A stretch of DNA of 64,000 nt from contig JABTUE010000002.1 of NCBI GenBank assembly GCA_015075515.1, forward strand, positions 533,478 to 597,477, written 5' to 3'. This DNA comes from Planctomycetota bacterium (GTDB taxonomy: Bacteria; Planctomycetota; UBA8742; UBA2392). Positions 1-9,628 of the stretch are shown piece by piece (position 1 is the stretch's first letter; the number at the start of each line of letters is the position of its first letter). A program made the translations under genes and the position numbers. A model generated the notes under the pieces. That model did no database searches, was not told where the DNA came from, and worked only from the letters and a program-made list of their open reading frames with translations.

Positions 1-375
1 GTGGAAGTAGACTTTGCGCTGACGCTGGGTTCTCTGGGCGGCGCGCCGATACGTAACCTGGCCGTCGAATCCATAGACCTTGTCGTAACCTTTGACTCAA
101 CCACCACGGTGCTGCGGCTGGGTGATTCGTTCTTTGCCACGCCGGGCAACGCGGGCCTGGTATTTGCCACGTTTCAGATCCAGCCCGGCGGAGGCAGGGC
201 GCTGCCGCTGGCATTGACTGACGCCGCGGCCACAGCCACGTTGCGTCTGACCATCCGCACCTCAACGGGGCATCTGGGCAACCTGAACCTTTCCGCCACG
301 GCCACGGCGCGCGACACCGCCACCGGCCGCGTATCCACGGCCTCGGACAGCACCACCACAGTGATTACTCCCTGA
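1..375 (+). CDS. C-terminal fragment of a Thr/Ser/Ala-rich hypothetical protein (5' partial, continues upstream of window)
   Basis: ORF open from window edge to stop at 375; no recognisable domain. Confidence 0.3.
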   Translation: MEVDFALTLGSLGGAPIRNLAVESIDLVVTFDSTTTVLRLGDSFFATPGNAGLVFATFQIQPGGGRALPLALTDAAATATLRLTIRTSTGHLGNLNLSATATARDTATGRVSTASDSTTTVITP

Positions 376-381
376 TAGACT

Positions 382-1671
382 GTGGCCGTGAAGCCGCCCG
401 AAGAACAACTGCGCGACGCGCTTGCACTGGCTCAGGGCGGCGATCTGGCCCGCGCCCAGATGCTGCTGGAACTGTTGCCGCTGGACGCACTGGAGCCACG
501 GCTGCAACTGGAAGCCAACTACCTGTGGGGTCTGGTGCTGGCCCGACGCGGCGACCCGCTGGAGGCCGCGCATCGCTTTCAACTGTGCGTGCGCCAGGAC
601 CAGAGGTTCTTTCCGGCCCTGGATGCATGGGGCAACGTGCTGGCCAGCATCGGCGACGCGCGCGGCGCGATTGAAAAGTACAAACGCGCGCTGGCCGTGG
701 CGCCTCCGCGCAACGCCGCCCATGTGCTGTTTAACTACGGTGTGGTGCTTTTGCGCAACGGCTACAACCTGCGCGCGCTGCGAAAGTTCCGCGAGGCCTT
801 CCGGCGTGATCCAGCCAACGCCGACGCGGCCTACATGACAGGGGTTTGCTTCCTGAACCTCAAACGCCCGCGCGGGGCGCGCAAGTGGCTGAATGAAGCA
901 CTGCGCCTTCACCCCCGGTCACCGCGCAACCTCACAGCGCTCGGAAACGCCTTGGCCCTGGAACAGCGCGACGCCGAAGCCGCACAGGCCTTCGAACGCG
1001 CGCTGGCACTCGACGGTACCTTTCATGATGCCTGGTACAACTGGGCCGCGCTGCTGGCTGCCCGGGCGGACTTTGCCAACGCCATCCGCAAGGCCAAATC
1101 CGGCCTGAAACACCACCCGCGCAGTTTTGAGCTGGTGGTCATGCAGTTGTTCTGCTTGCGCCAGATGGGCGCCTACGACGCGGCGTTGAACGCAGCGCGA
1201 CGCGCGCGCCAGTGGCTGGCCGAATCGCGTGCCGACGAACGGGCCGGGCATTTTGCCGACCTGCTGACGGCCAACCAGGCGTCGGCCCTGCGCGGCCTGG
1301 GGCGCGCGCGCCAGGCGCGGGCGGTGCTACTGGAACTGCTGCGCGCCTCGCCCGAAGCCTGCCCGGCGGCACTGGCCGAGTTGCGGTATCATGACACCCG
1401 CGCCCTGCCGCGCGCCCGGCGCATGGAGCTGACGGTCACTGTAACGGCACCCGACGCCGTTGCCGGCGACGACGACCCCGGCCGACCCCGCGCCTACCAA
1501 CGCACCTACTGGGTGATTGCCGCCACGGCCAAAGAGGCCCGGCGGCTGGTGCGGGAACTTGAGCCGACCGACGCCGTGGTGCGCTTTGACCCCCAGATTA
1601 ACCTGCTGGAACACCACCAGAACGCCGACCAGGGCGTCACCGAACGCACGCCGGCCATTCCCGTGGAGTAA
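382..1671 (+). CDS. TPR-repeat protein
   Basis: GTG-start ORF of 429 aa; repeated 34-aa Ala/Leu/Tyr/Asn patterns (e.g. EANYLWGLVLARRGD, AWYNWAALLAARADFANA) typical of tetratricopeptide repeats. Confidence 0.65.
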   Translation: MAVKPPEEQLRDALALAQGGDLARAQMLLELLPLDALEPRLQLEANYLWGLVLARRGDPLEAAHRFQLCVRQDQRFFPALDAWGNVLASIGDARGAIEKYKRALAVAPPRNAAHVLFNYGVVLLRNGYNLRALRKFREAFRRDPANADAAYMTGVCFLNLKRPRGARKWLNEALRLHPRSPRNLTALGNALALEQRDAEAAQAFERALALDGTFHDAWYNWAALLAARADFANAIRKAKSGLKHHPRSFELVVMQLFCLRQMGAYDAALNAARRARQWLAESRADERAGHFADLLTANQASALRGLGRARQARAVLLELLRASPEACPAALAELRYHDTRALPRARRMELTVTVTAPDAVAGDDDPGRPRAYQRTYWVIAATAKEARRLVRELEPTDAVVRFDPQINLLEHHQNADQGVTERTPAIPVE

Positions 1672-1689
1672 CACACCAAGAGTCATTCC

Positions 1690-2658
1690 GTGCGCCAAGG
1701 CGCGTCGTATAACGGCGCCATGTCCGAACTGCTCTGGTCGTTCACCCACCGGCCCTACGTCACGCTTTTTCTGCTGGCGTTTCTGGCGCTCAGTTGGCTG
1801 GAACAGGGCGGCCTGCGCACGCTGCTTTGGCTGATCACCGGCTATTTTGTCGCCTTTGTCGCCGAATGGGGCAGCATCAACCACGGTGTTCCGTTCGGCT
1901 TCTATGTCTACAACTATGAAGCTCTGTCCAACGATCTGGTCGTGGCCGGCGTGCCGTTCTTTGACAGTCTTTCGTTCGCGTTTCTCAGCTACGTCAGCTT
2001 TTCTTTCGCCCAGTACTTCGTTTCGCCGCTTTGGGTACGCGGCTTTGACGTCCAGCGGGTAACACCGCGCGCCACGCGCAACTCCGCAGGTGTGCTGTTC
2101 CTGGGTGCGTGCCTGATGGTCGTGATTGACGTGATTGTGGATCCGGTTACGCACCACGGCCGCCACTGGTTTCTGGGCGACATCTATTACTACCCCGTGC
2201 CGGGGCATCACTTTGACGTACCATTGGCCAACTATGCCGGCTGGTTCGTCGTCGGCTGGCTGACCATCCTGATCAACCAGCACCTGGACCGCTGGCTGGC
2301 ATCGCGCGAGGCCAACCGGGGCCGGGCAACAGTCCTGCGCCACGCGCCAGGCAAGGGGTTGTACGCGCCGCTGTTCTGGGCGGGCATTGTGCTGTTTCAG
2401 CTTGGGGTTACAGCGTGGCTGGGCTGGGGTTATGACCTTTCGCTGGTGGCCGGCGACAAAACGGCCTGGCAGAACGGGCTGCGGCTGCAATTTCTGGCCG
2501 GGTGCTTTGTGATCGCGCCAATCCTGATTCTGGCCGCGACACAACTGGTACGGGTCAACCGCGAGCCAGAGGCCGCCGTTCTGGACCAGTGGCTGCAAGA
2601 GTACCCCTGCGCGGCCCTTAAGTCGCGCCGTGCCGCACCCGACCGCAGTGCGACGTAA
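1690..2658 (+). CDS. Polytopic membrane protein, possibly carotenoid-biosynthesis-associated (DUF422-like) family; alternative start at 1720
   Basis: 322-aa ORF with several hydrophobic helices (LFLLAFLALSWL, FVAFVAEWG, GWFVVGWLTIL); family call is by resemblance only. Confidence 0.45.
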   Translation: MRQGASYNGAMSELLWSFTHRPYVTLFLLAFLALSWLEQGGLRTLLWLITGYFVAFVAEWGSINHGVPFGFYVYNYEALSNDLVVAGVPFFDSLSFAFLSYVSFSFAQYFVSPLWVRGFDVQRVTPRATRNSAGVLFLGACLMVVIDVIVDPVTHHGRHWFLGDIYYYPVPGHHFDVPLANYAGWFVVGWLTILINQHLDRWLASREANRGRATVLRHAPGKGLYAPLFWAGIVLFQLGVTAWLGWGYDLSLVAGDKTAWQNGLRLQFLAGCFVIAPILILAATQLVRVNREPEAAVLDQWLQEYPCAALKSRRAAPDRSAT

Positions 2659-2721
2659 TTCTTTGCCCCAACAGCCCCGTCCCGGCATTCTGATTATTGC
2701 CACCCCCGGTTGTGAGGAACC

Positions 2722-4206
2722 ATGCGCAACCTGATTGCGGCCATTGCGGCTGCCTGTGTTCTTTCCGGGCATGTTCTGTGCCAGCAGGAACCCAAGCCCG
2801 CGCCGCGCACGCCCGAGCAACTGCGCGAAGAAGGCAAGGCGTTTCTGGAACGCTTTGCTGCTGACCGCCGCAAGTTCGAACCCCAGGCCGGCCTTGGCGG
2901 CGACGAAGGCGGCAAGGTGGACTCCACAAAGAACACCCTGAGCGAGTGCAAAATCGAAGTCGAAGGCTGCGAGAAACTCACGGGCTACGTAAGCGTACCT
3001 GAGGGTCTTGAGCCCGGCCGCAAGGTCGCGCTGATGTTCGCCTTTCACGGCAATGGCGACTTGGGCAAGGGCCGCGTCCAGAATGTGTCACGAATCAGCA
3101 CCGCGCGTGACCCGGTAATCACGATCGGCCTGCAATACCAACAAACCAAAGAGGGCGGAGGCGGCTGGTTCAACGGCCCGACCCTGGCCACGGCAGACAA
3201 GATTCTGGAGGCCGCGCGCTGGCTGGTGGACAAAGCGATCAAGGACCACCCCGTGGACCGTCAACGCGTGTTTGTTTCGGGCTTTTCCTGGGGTACAAGC
3301 TGGGCGGGGGCATTGGTCACACGCGACTGGCAGAACAACCCCGACGCCTTCCGGTATCGCGGTCTGTTTCTGTACAGTTCGGGCGCGAACATGGGCACCC
3401 GCGAGACCATGCCACCGGTGCCGGTGATTGCCACCGTGGGCGAAGATGAAACTGCCGTAATGGGCAGCGCCAACGTGGTGGCGGCCGTGCGATATTTCTG
3501 TAACCAGTACCGCAGCTACGGCGCATGCGTGCAGTACCACGAAATCCCCAAAATGGGGCATCAGGTCAACGGCCGTTGTCTCCAGATCACGCGCGACGCG
3601 ATTCAGCAACTGGGCGGGCCGGGCGCCCTGCCCTACCCTGACCCGAATGCACCGATACCTTCGCCCCTGCCATTTGCCGAAAGCACAGACACTTACGTTA
3701 AGGAAGTCATCGAGCTTTGCCGCCAGGACCTCTGGCAGGACGCCATTGCCCGCGTGGAGGCAATCGAAAAAGACAAGTCCATCGCGCGCGACGCCAAGAA
3801 GGCAATCAAGAATTTTGAGCGCGAGATCGAAAAGGTCGCCAAAGCCGAGGCCGCACGCATTGAAAAACTGCTTGCCTCCTGCCTGAAGGACGAGCAGCTT
3901 CCCAACCCGCACGAGGTGCGCCGTATCCGGGCCATTGCCGCGGCCTATGGTGAGACCGGCTGGATGAAGCTTCATCGCTTCACGGAAGCGCTGGCGAAGC
4001 TCGAAGGCGACTTTCCGCCGCTGGTGCGCGAACGTGAACGCGCTGAACAAATGGCCCGCGCCTGGGCGCTTGAGTCTGAACCCGGCCAGCGTCCGGCAGC
4101 CAAAGCCGCTTTTGCGGCGCTGGCCGCCCGCAAAACCGAAGACGGCGGGGCCAGCATCTGGCCCAAGGCCGCGGCCTACCGTCTGGCCTGGTGGATTGAC
4201 CGGTAA
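2722..4206 (+). CDS. Secreted alpha/beta-hydrolase-fold esterase (PHB-depolymerase-like) with C-terminal helical domain
   Basis: Signal peptide MRNLIAAIAAACVLSGHVLC; GxSxG nucleophile elbow GFSWG; MFAFHGNGD oxyanion-region-like; coiled-coil-rich C-terminus. Confidence 0.5.
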   Translation: MRNLIAAIAAACVLSGHVLCQQEPKPAPRTPEQLREEGKAFLERFAADRRKFEPQAGLGGDEGGKVDSTKNTLSECKIEVEGCEKLTGYVSVPEGLEPGRKVALMFAFHGNGDLGKGRVQNVSRISTARDPVITIGLQYQQTKEGGGGWFNGPTLATADKILEAARWLVDKAIKDHPVDRQRVFVSGFSWGTSWAGALVTRDWQNNPDAFRYRGLFLYSSGANMGTRETMPPVPVIATVGEDETAVMGSANVVAAVRYFCNQYRSYGACVQYHEIPKMGHQVNGRCLQITRDAIQQLGGPGALPYPDPNAPIPSPLPFAESTDTYVKEVIELCRQDLWQDAIARVEAIEKDKSIARDAKKAIKNFEREIEKVAKAEAARIEKLLASCLKDEQLPNPHEVRRIRAIAAAYGETGWMKLHRFTEALAKLEGDFPPLVRERERAEQMARAWALESEPGQRPAAKAAFAALAARKTEDGGASIWPKAAAYRLAWWIDR

Positions 4207-4274
4207 CATGTGTGCCCCGAGACACAACCTGCGCCCGGCCCGCGCTGGCCCTTTGGGCGGCTTTGGGGCACACT

Positions 4275-5297
4275 ATGGACATGGAAGCTGGCGCGCCCCT
4301 GGATACCCGTGGCCGACACCTGCGCGATCTGCGCATCTCGGTGACAGATCGCTGCAATCTGCGTTGCGGCTACTGCATGCCAGCCGACATCTTCGGGCCG
4401 GGGTACCGGTTTCTGCCGCGCTCGGAACTGTTGAACTACGACGAAATCACCCGCCTGGCGCGGGTGTTTGCCGGCATCGGCGTGCGTAAGGTGCGCCTGA
4501 CCGGCGGCGAGCCGTTGCTGCGACGCGACTTGTGGCGCCTGGTCGAAAAACTGCGCGCCGTGCCGGGGATTGAAGACATCGCCCTGACCACCAACGGCCT
4601 GCTTCTGCCGGATCAGGCGCGGGCTCTCAAACGCGCCGGTCTGAACCGCGTGACCATCAGCCTGGACAGCCTTGACGACGTGGTGTTCGGACGCATGAAC
4701 GGCCAGGGAGTGGGCGTGGCGACGGTGCTCAAGGCCATCCGCTGTGCCCAGGAGGAAGGTTTTTCGCCGCTCAAGCTCAACATGGTGGTCCAGCGCGGCA
4801 TCAACGATCACGAGATCGAGCCGATGGCTGAACACTGGCGCGGCACGGACGTGATTGTGCGCTTCATCGAATTCATGGACGTCGGCAACACCAACGGCTG
4901 GCGCATGGAATCGGTGGTCAGCGCCCGTGAAATCCTGTCGCGGCTTGAGGCCCGCTGGCCGCTGGAAAGCGTCGAGCCCAACTATCCCGGCGAAGTCGCC
5001 CGGCGCTGGCGCTACCGCGACGGCAAGGGTGAGGTCGGCATCATCAGCAGCGTCACCAACACCTTCTGCGGCGACTGCACACGCGCGCGCCTGAGCGCCA
5101 AGGGCGAGTTGTACACCTGCCTGTTTGCCTCGCGCGGGCACGACCTGAGGGCACTGGTGCGCGGCGGTCTTGACGACGCCGCCCTGTCGCGCGAGATCAC
5201 GGCGCTGTGGCGTGCCCGCGACGACCGCTACAGCGAGCTGCGCGCCGGCCAGACCACGCCTCCGCCCAAGCCCGAGATGAGCTATCTGGGTGGTTGA
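4275..5297 (+). CDS. moaA: GTP 3',8-cyclase MoaA (molybdenum cofactor biosynthesis, radical SAM)
   Basis: Radical-SAM CNLRCGYC motif near N-terminus, GGEPLLR, C-terminal second Fe-S cluster cysteines CGDCTRARLSAKGELYTC; ATG at 4275 chosen over upstream in-frame 4212. Confidence 0.9.
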   Translation: MDMEAGAPLDTRGRHLRDLRISVTDRCNLRCGYCMPADIFGPGYRFLPRSELLNYDEITRLARVFAGIGVRKVRLTGGEPLLRRDLWRLVEKLRAVPGIEDIALTTNGLLLPDQARALKRAGLNRVTISLDSLDDVVFGRMNGQGVGVATVLKAIRCAQEEGFSPLKLNMVVQRGINDHEIEPMAEHWRGTDVIVRFIEFMDVGNTNGWRMESVVSAREILSRLEARWPLESVEPNYPGEVARRWRYRDGKGEVGIISSVTNTFCGDCTRARLSAKGELYTCLFASRGHDLRALVRGGLDDAALSREITALWRARDDRYSELRAGQTTPPPKPEMSYLGG

Positions 5298-5306
5298 AAA
5301 CAGCAT

Positions 5307-6158
5307 TCACCAGCGGATCGCGCCGAACATGTCCAGCATGGCAAACATCTGCCTGGCCTGCTCGTCGGGCAGACCGGTCATCGGCGGACGCGTGCCGTAG
5401 TGGCCGAACTTCTTGCGGCGCAGAATCGCCTTGACCGCGGGCATCAGGCCGAACTTTTCCAGCAGGTTGCGCACACTGTTGAGTTTGACCTGGTTGTCGG
5501 GCTTGCGTTCAATGGATTTCACAAGATCGGGAATCACGCTGGCACAGGCTGTGATGCTGCCCCTGCCGCCGGCGGCCAGGGTCGCGGCAATCAGCTTGTC
5601 GTTGCCTACCAGATAACTGCCGCCGGCAAAACGGGCGGCAAGCCGCGCCAGTTCGGCCTCGTCACCGCTGCTGTCCTTCACGCCACGCAGACCTGCGTGT
5701 TGGCCGATGGCCGCCAGCAGTTCCTCACTGATGGCAATGCCCGTAACCTGCGGAATGTGGTACAGCAGCACCGGCAGTCTGCTCGCGTCCAGCACCGCGC
5801 GAAAAAACGCCACCAGACCGGCCAGCGGCGCGTTGCGAAAGTACGACGGCGGCGGACACAACAGCGCCGCATAGCCGCATTCGGCACCGACCGCCGCCAG
5901 TTCCAGAACTTCGGGCAGGGCGTTGGCGCCCACATTCAGCAGCAGCTTCAGGCCGGCACTGTTTTTGGCCGCGGCACGGGCCACCTGTACACGCTCGGCC
6001 AGGCTGAACGAGGCAAACTCGCCGTTTGTGCCCAGAATCAGCGCGCCATCGAGGCCTTCGGTGGCCAGCCACGCCAGATGACGGCCCAGCGCGGGCAGTT
6101 CCAGAGCGCCGGATGCATCCAGCGGCGTGGGCACAGGGGCAAAGGCACCGGCAATCAT
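5307..6158 (-). CDS. DapA/NAL-family class I aldolase (4-hydroxy-tetrahydrodipicolinate synthase-like)
   Basis: GLDGALILGTNGEF, LLYHIP, GVKDSSGD motifs of the DHDPS/N-acetylneuraminate lyase family; start taken at the internal ATG (MIAGAF...) because the upstream 53 aa look non-coding. Confidence 0.7.
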   Translation of the reverse strand: MIAGAFAPVPTPLDASGALELPALGRHLAWLATEGLDGALILGTNGEFASFSLAERVQVARAAAKNSAGLKLLLNVGANALPEVLELAAVGAECGYAALLCPPPSYFRNAPLAGLVAFFRAVLDASRLPVLLYHIPQVTGIAISEELLAAIGQHAGLRGVKDSSGDEAELARLAARFAGGSYLVGNDKLIAATLAAGGRGSITACASVIPDLVKSIERKPDNQVKLNSVRNLLEKFGLMPAVKAILRRKKFGHYGTRPPMTGLPDEQARQMFAMLDMFGAIRW

Positions 6159-6298
6159 GCCGCAAGTGTAGCGCGGTTTAGGTTTTTCGTTTCCGGATTC
6201 CGGATCGGCCGCTACCGCGTTATGGCCGAAATCCAAATCCAAATCCCGCGTTCTGCCTATAGTATGCCCCACGACCGCAAGCCAAACGGAACCCGGCC

Positions 6299-8713
6299 AT
6301 GACTTCCTCGACCACACGCCGCATCCAGAAAAACCTGACCGTGATGTTTACCGACATCTCGGGGTTCACCCAGCACACCGAGATGATCAGCCGCGAAGCC
6401 CTGATGAAACGGCTGGAGACCCACAATGAATTGCTGATGCCGATTGTCGCCCACTTTGAGGGCAAGATCGTCAAAACTATCGGCGACGCGTTTCTGATCA
6501 CTTTTGAAAGCCCCACCAACGCCGTCCAGTGCGGGCTGTTCATGCAGCACACACTGGCCAAGTTCAACAAAGACAAACCCGTCGGCGAACAGATTCACAT
6601 CAAGGTCAGCATAAACAGCGGCGAGGTCACCGTCACCGACACCGACGTGTTCGGCGACCCGGTCAATGTCGCGGCCAAGATCGAAAAGGCCACCAACCCG
6701 GACGAAATCTACTTCACCGAGGCAGTGTTTCTGGCCATGAACAAGGCCGAAGTACCCACCAGTTTCGTCAAGTCCTTCCGGCCCAAGGGCGCCGACAGTC
6801 AGGAAATCAAGCTTTACAAGGTCGCCATGGACGAGGGCGACGAACGCTACCAGAAGGTCATTCAAGGCACCAAGATTGACCCCGAACGCGTCAAGACCCG
6901 CGTGGCCGAACTTTCCAGTCTGGCTGAAAAGGAGTTTTCACGCTACCAGGACACACTGGAGGCTCTGGTTGAAAGCCAGGGCAAATCGTCGCGCAACATG
7001 ATCGTCACCGTTCTGGCCGCCGTGGTGATCCTTGCCGTGGTGATCGTGGTGGCGGTATCGCAGTTCTCGGGCAAGTCGGCCGCGATTGACCCCTCCGAAC
7101 AGCTCACCCGCGATGTGCGCGTGTATCTGGCCAGCGGCAAGGCCGCCGAGGCACGCCAGGCGATTGACGCCTATATGAAAGAACGCGGCACCGACAAAAC
7201 GACCGAAAGCCTTCTGGTCGAGGTGCAAACGCTGGAGAAAACCCAGGCCGAGTCGGCCGCCCAGAAATCTGCCGAACAACTGGCCCGCGACGTCCGTCAG
7301 TACCTGGCCAACAACAAGCCCGCCGAGGCGCGCCAGGCCGTGGACGCGTACATGAAGAGCCGCGGCGCCGACAAGACCACCGGCGAATTGCTGGACGAAA
7401 TCCGCAGCCTGGAAATCAATGATCTGGCCGCCCAGGCCCGCAACCTGATCGCCGACGGCAAACCCGAAAACGCCGCCGCGGCCGTGAACAAGTACTTTGG
7501 CGCCAAACCCGCCGAAGGCGACGCGCGCAAGGCACTTGAGGAAGCCCAGGCGTACCTGGCTGCGCGCGACCTGCTGGATCAGGGCAAGGCCGCCGACATG
7601 CTGGCACAAATCAAGGCCGCCTTTGGCGACCGCAACCCCAGCGCCGAACTCAAGCAGATGCGCGAACGCGCCGACGCGCTGATCCGGGCACGGGACATGA
7701 TGGCCACGATGGATCGCTTCCGCGAGCCCGCGCGCATCATCGGCACGATTTCGCGCGCCTTTGGCGACGACGTAAGCAACCCCGCGGCGCTGGACATCCT
7801 TGAGGAAGCCCTGGCCAACGAGGTGTTCCGTATCACGCAGGAAAACGGCTATGACAAGGGCGCCGAAGAACGCGAGGCGCTGCGCAAACGCTTTTCCAAC
7901 GTGCGCTCGTGGAAGTACGTCACCGTGTGCCTGTGTATGGGCTATGTCTGGAAGCTGACCATGGACGAACGCTCCGGGCGGCGCCGCCACGATGACCGCT
8001 ACTGGTTCGAACGCAACAAGATCATTCTTGAGTACGCCAACGAGCACCCTGAACTGATGTACCGCTTCGGCACCATGCTGTTCATCCTGGACCGCAAGCG
8101 CTGGCAGTCCGTGGCATCGGGCGTTGATTGCTGGCGTGCCGCGCTCAAGGCCGACCCCAAACTTGCCGACCGCCACGCCGAGTTCTGGAAGATCTACGAA
8201 ATTCCGTTGCACGAGGATCACGCCGTGTGCGCCAAAGACCTGAAATCGGCGCTGGTCTATTCGCTGGGGTTTGCCTATGGGCCGGTCGGCGACGTGCGCG
8301 CCCTGATCAAGGAACGCTACTACCTCGAGGTGCGTGACACGCTGGTGGCCTTTGCCAACAACAAGGACAACGACAACTCCGTGACCAGCGAACGTGCCAA
8401 CTCGTTTGCGATTCTGGCTGAAATGGGCGACGCCTCGCTGATTGTGGACCGTTTCTGGCTGTTCCGTCAGACGTTTGACGACTACATGACCGGCGATACC
8501 CCCGGCCGCGAGCACATGGCGGCGCTGTTTGCCGAAACCATGACCGCCGAGGACTACAAAGAGTACCGCGCGATCCTGGACACCAACCTGCGCGACGTGC
8601 GCAACAAGGAAGGTCGCTATTCGGGCTACACCAGGGCCCAGGACAAACTGGTGAACCTGCTGGAAGACCTGCGCCGGGCGCAGCCCGCCCACACCGACGC
8701 GTTCGGCGGCTGA
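6299..8713 (+). CDS. Class III adenylate/guanylate cyclase (CHD domain) - TM segment - ~60-aa tandem repeat - large uncharacterised C-terminal domain
   Basis: N-terminal FTDISGFT...IGDAF...GEVTVTDTDVFGDPVNVAAKIE cyclase catalytic motifs; hydrophobic segment MIVTVLAAVVILAVVIVVAV; two near-identical ~55-aa units (RDVRVYLASGKAAEARQAIDAYMKERGTDKTT / RDVRQYLANNKPAEARQAVDAYMKSRGADKTT). Confidence 0.8.
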   Translation: MTSSTTRRIQKNLTVMFTDISGFTQHTEMISREALMKRLETHNELLMPIVAHFEGKIVKTIGDAFLITFESPTNAVQCGLFMQHTLAKFNKDKPVGEQIHIKVSINSGEVTVTDTDVFGDPVNVAAKIEKATNPDEIYFTEAVFLAMNKAEVPTSFVKSFRPKGADSQEIKLYKVAMDEGDERYQKVIQGTKIDPERVKTRVAELSSLAEKEFSRYQDTLEALVESQGKSSRNMIVTVLAAVVILAVVIVVAVSQFSGKSAAIDPSEQLTRDVRVYLASGKAAEARQAIDAYMKERGTDKTTESLLVEVQTLEKTQAESAAQKSAEQLARDVRQYLANNKPAEARQAVDAYMKSRGADKTTGELLDEIRSLEINDLAAQARNLIADGKPENAAAAVNKYFGAKPAEGDARKALEEAQAYLAARDLLDQGKAADMLAQIKAAFGDRNPSAELKQMRERADALIRARDMMATMDRFREPARIIGTISRAFGDDVSNPAALDILEEALANEVFRITQENGYDKGAEEREALRKRFSNVRSWKYVTVCLCMGYVWKLTMDERSGRRRHDDRYWFERNKIILEYANEHPELMYRFGTMLFILDRKRWQSVASGVDCWRAALKADPKLADRHAEFWKIYEIPLHEDHAVCAKDLKSALVYSLGFAYGPVGDVRALIKERYYLEVRDTLVAFANNKDNDNSVTSERANSFAILAEMGDASLIVDRFWLFRQTFDDYMTGDTPGREHMAALFAETMTAEDYKEYRAILDTNLRDVRNKEGRYSGYTRAQDKLVNLLEDLRRAQPAHTDAFGG

Positions 8714-8716
8714 TGT

Positions 8717-9448
8717 CTACTGCTTGACGTCTATGCCGAAACGGTTGCGCAGAATGTCCAGCAGGTCAAAAAAGTTATGAATCTCAAAGTCCGGCTGAGT
8801 CTCGCCCGGCGGGTGCTGTTTGGTGGTGCGACGGTTGAGCACCGAAATCATGCCGATGCGGTTGCACGGGTCTATGTCCAGGCGCGGCCGGTCGCCCACA
8901 TACATGCATTCGCTGGGCCGCACGCCCATCTGGGTGGCCGCGCGCAGAAACAGCTTGGGGTTGGGCTTTGAGATCCCGATTTCGTCGCTGATGAAAATCG
9001 CGTGCGGGTCCAGCAGCTTGACCACGCCCAGGCGCACCAGCTTTTCGGCCTGTTTCAGCGCCAGCCCGTCCGTGATTACGCCCAGCTTCACGCCCGTTTG
9101 CTCACGCAGCAGCGTCATGACGTCCAGCGCGTCTTCGTACGGACGAAGCTCGCGGAACTTTGTCTCGTGGTAGCCCACCACGCCGGCGGCAATCAGCACC
9201 GTGCGGTCGGCGTCTTCCCAGTAGTGCCGCGGCACCCGCAGCAGAAGCTTGTCGAAGTGATGCTCGTAGTTGCTGCTGAACTCGTTAATGATCTCGGCCA
9301 GTTCGCGCAGCGCATCCTCGGTGGCCATCTTGAAACCGTGGGCGCGCATGTGCTCAATCGCGTTGCGTCGCGCCAGCGCCGCAAACTCACTGGTGGAATA
9401 CAGCGTGTCGTCAATGTCGAAAAAAATGCACCGCAGCGTGTCGGCCAT
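8717..9448 (-). CDS. HAD-superfamily hydrolase
   Basis: N-terminal FFDIDDTLY (DxDxT motif I), later VGDRPRLDI-type motif IV. Confidence 0.7.
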   Translation of the reverse strand: MADTLRCIFFDIDDTLYSTSEFAALARRNAIEHMRAHGFKMATEDALRELAEIINEFSSNYEHHFDKLLLRVPRHYWEDADRTVLIAAGVVGYHETKFRELRPYEDALDVMTLLREQTGVKLGVITDGLALKQAEKLVRLGVVKLLDPHAIFISDEIGISKPNPKLFLRAATQMGVRPSECMYVGDRPRLDIDPCNRIGMISVLNRRTTKQHPPGETQPDFEIHNFFDLLDILRNRFGIDVKQ

Positions 9449-9540
9449 GCCCGCATTGTAGAGCCATCGCGCCGCCCGTCACCCCCGCTTGACGCTGCAT
9501 GGCCCCCATCGCACCATTGCGCCCCGCCCGCAAGGCCAGG

Positions 9541-9615
9541 GCCAACATAGCTCAGCGGTAGAGCAGCCGCTTCGTAAGCGGCAGGTCGTGGGTTCGAATC
9601 CCACTGTTGGCTCCA
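9541..9615 (+). tRNA. tRNA-Thr (anticodon CGU)
   Basis: Cloverleaf readable: acceptor GCCAACA/TGTTGGC, D-arm TAGCTCAGCGGTAGAGCA, anticodon stem GCCGC/GCGGC with loop TTCGTAA, T-arm GTGGGTTCGAATCCCAC, encoded CCA. Confidence 0.85.
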
Positions 9616-9628
9616 GGCCGGGTGCGTG

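Noticed and set aside
1327-3048. 573-aa minus-strand ORF spanning the TPR, membrane-protein and esterase genes
   Set aside because: Crosses three well-supported + strand genes; Gly/Arg/Ala-rich low-complexity translation; shadow ORF.
4176-5306. 376-aa minus-strand ORF over moaA
   Set aside because: Antisense to unambiguous radical-SAM MoaA frame.
6938-8692. 584-aa minus-strand ORF inside the cyclase gene
   Set aside because: Antisense to a frame with clear cyclase motifs; Gly/Val/Ala/His-rich low-complexity translation.
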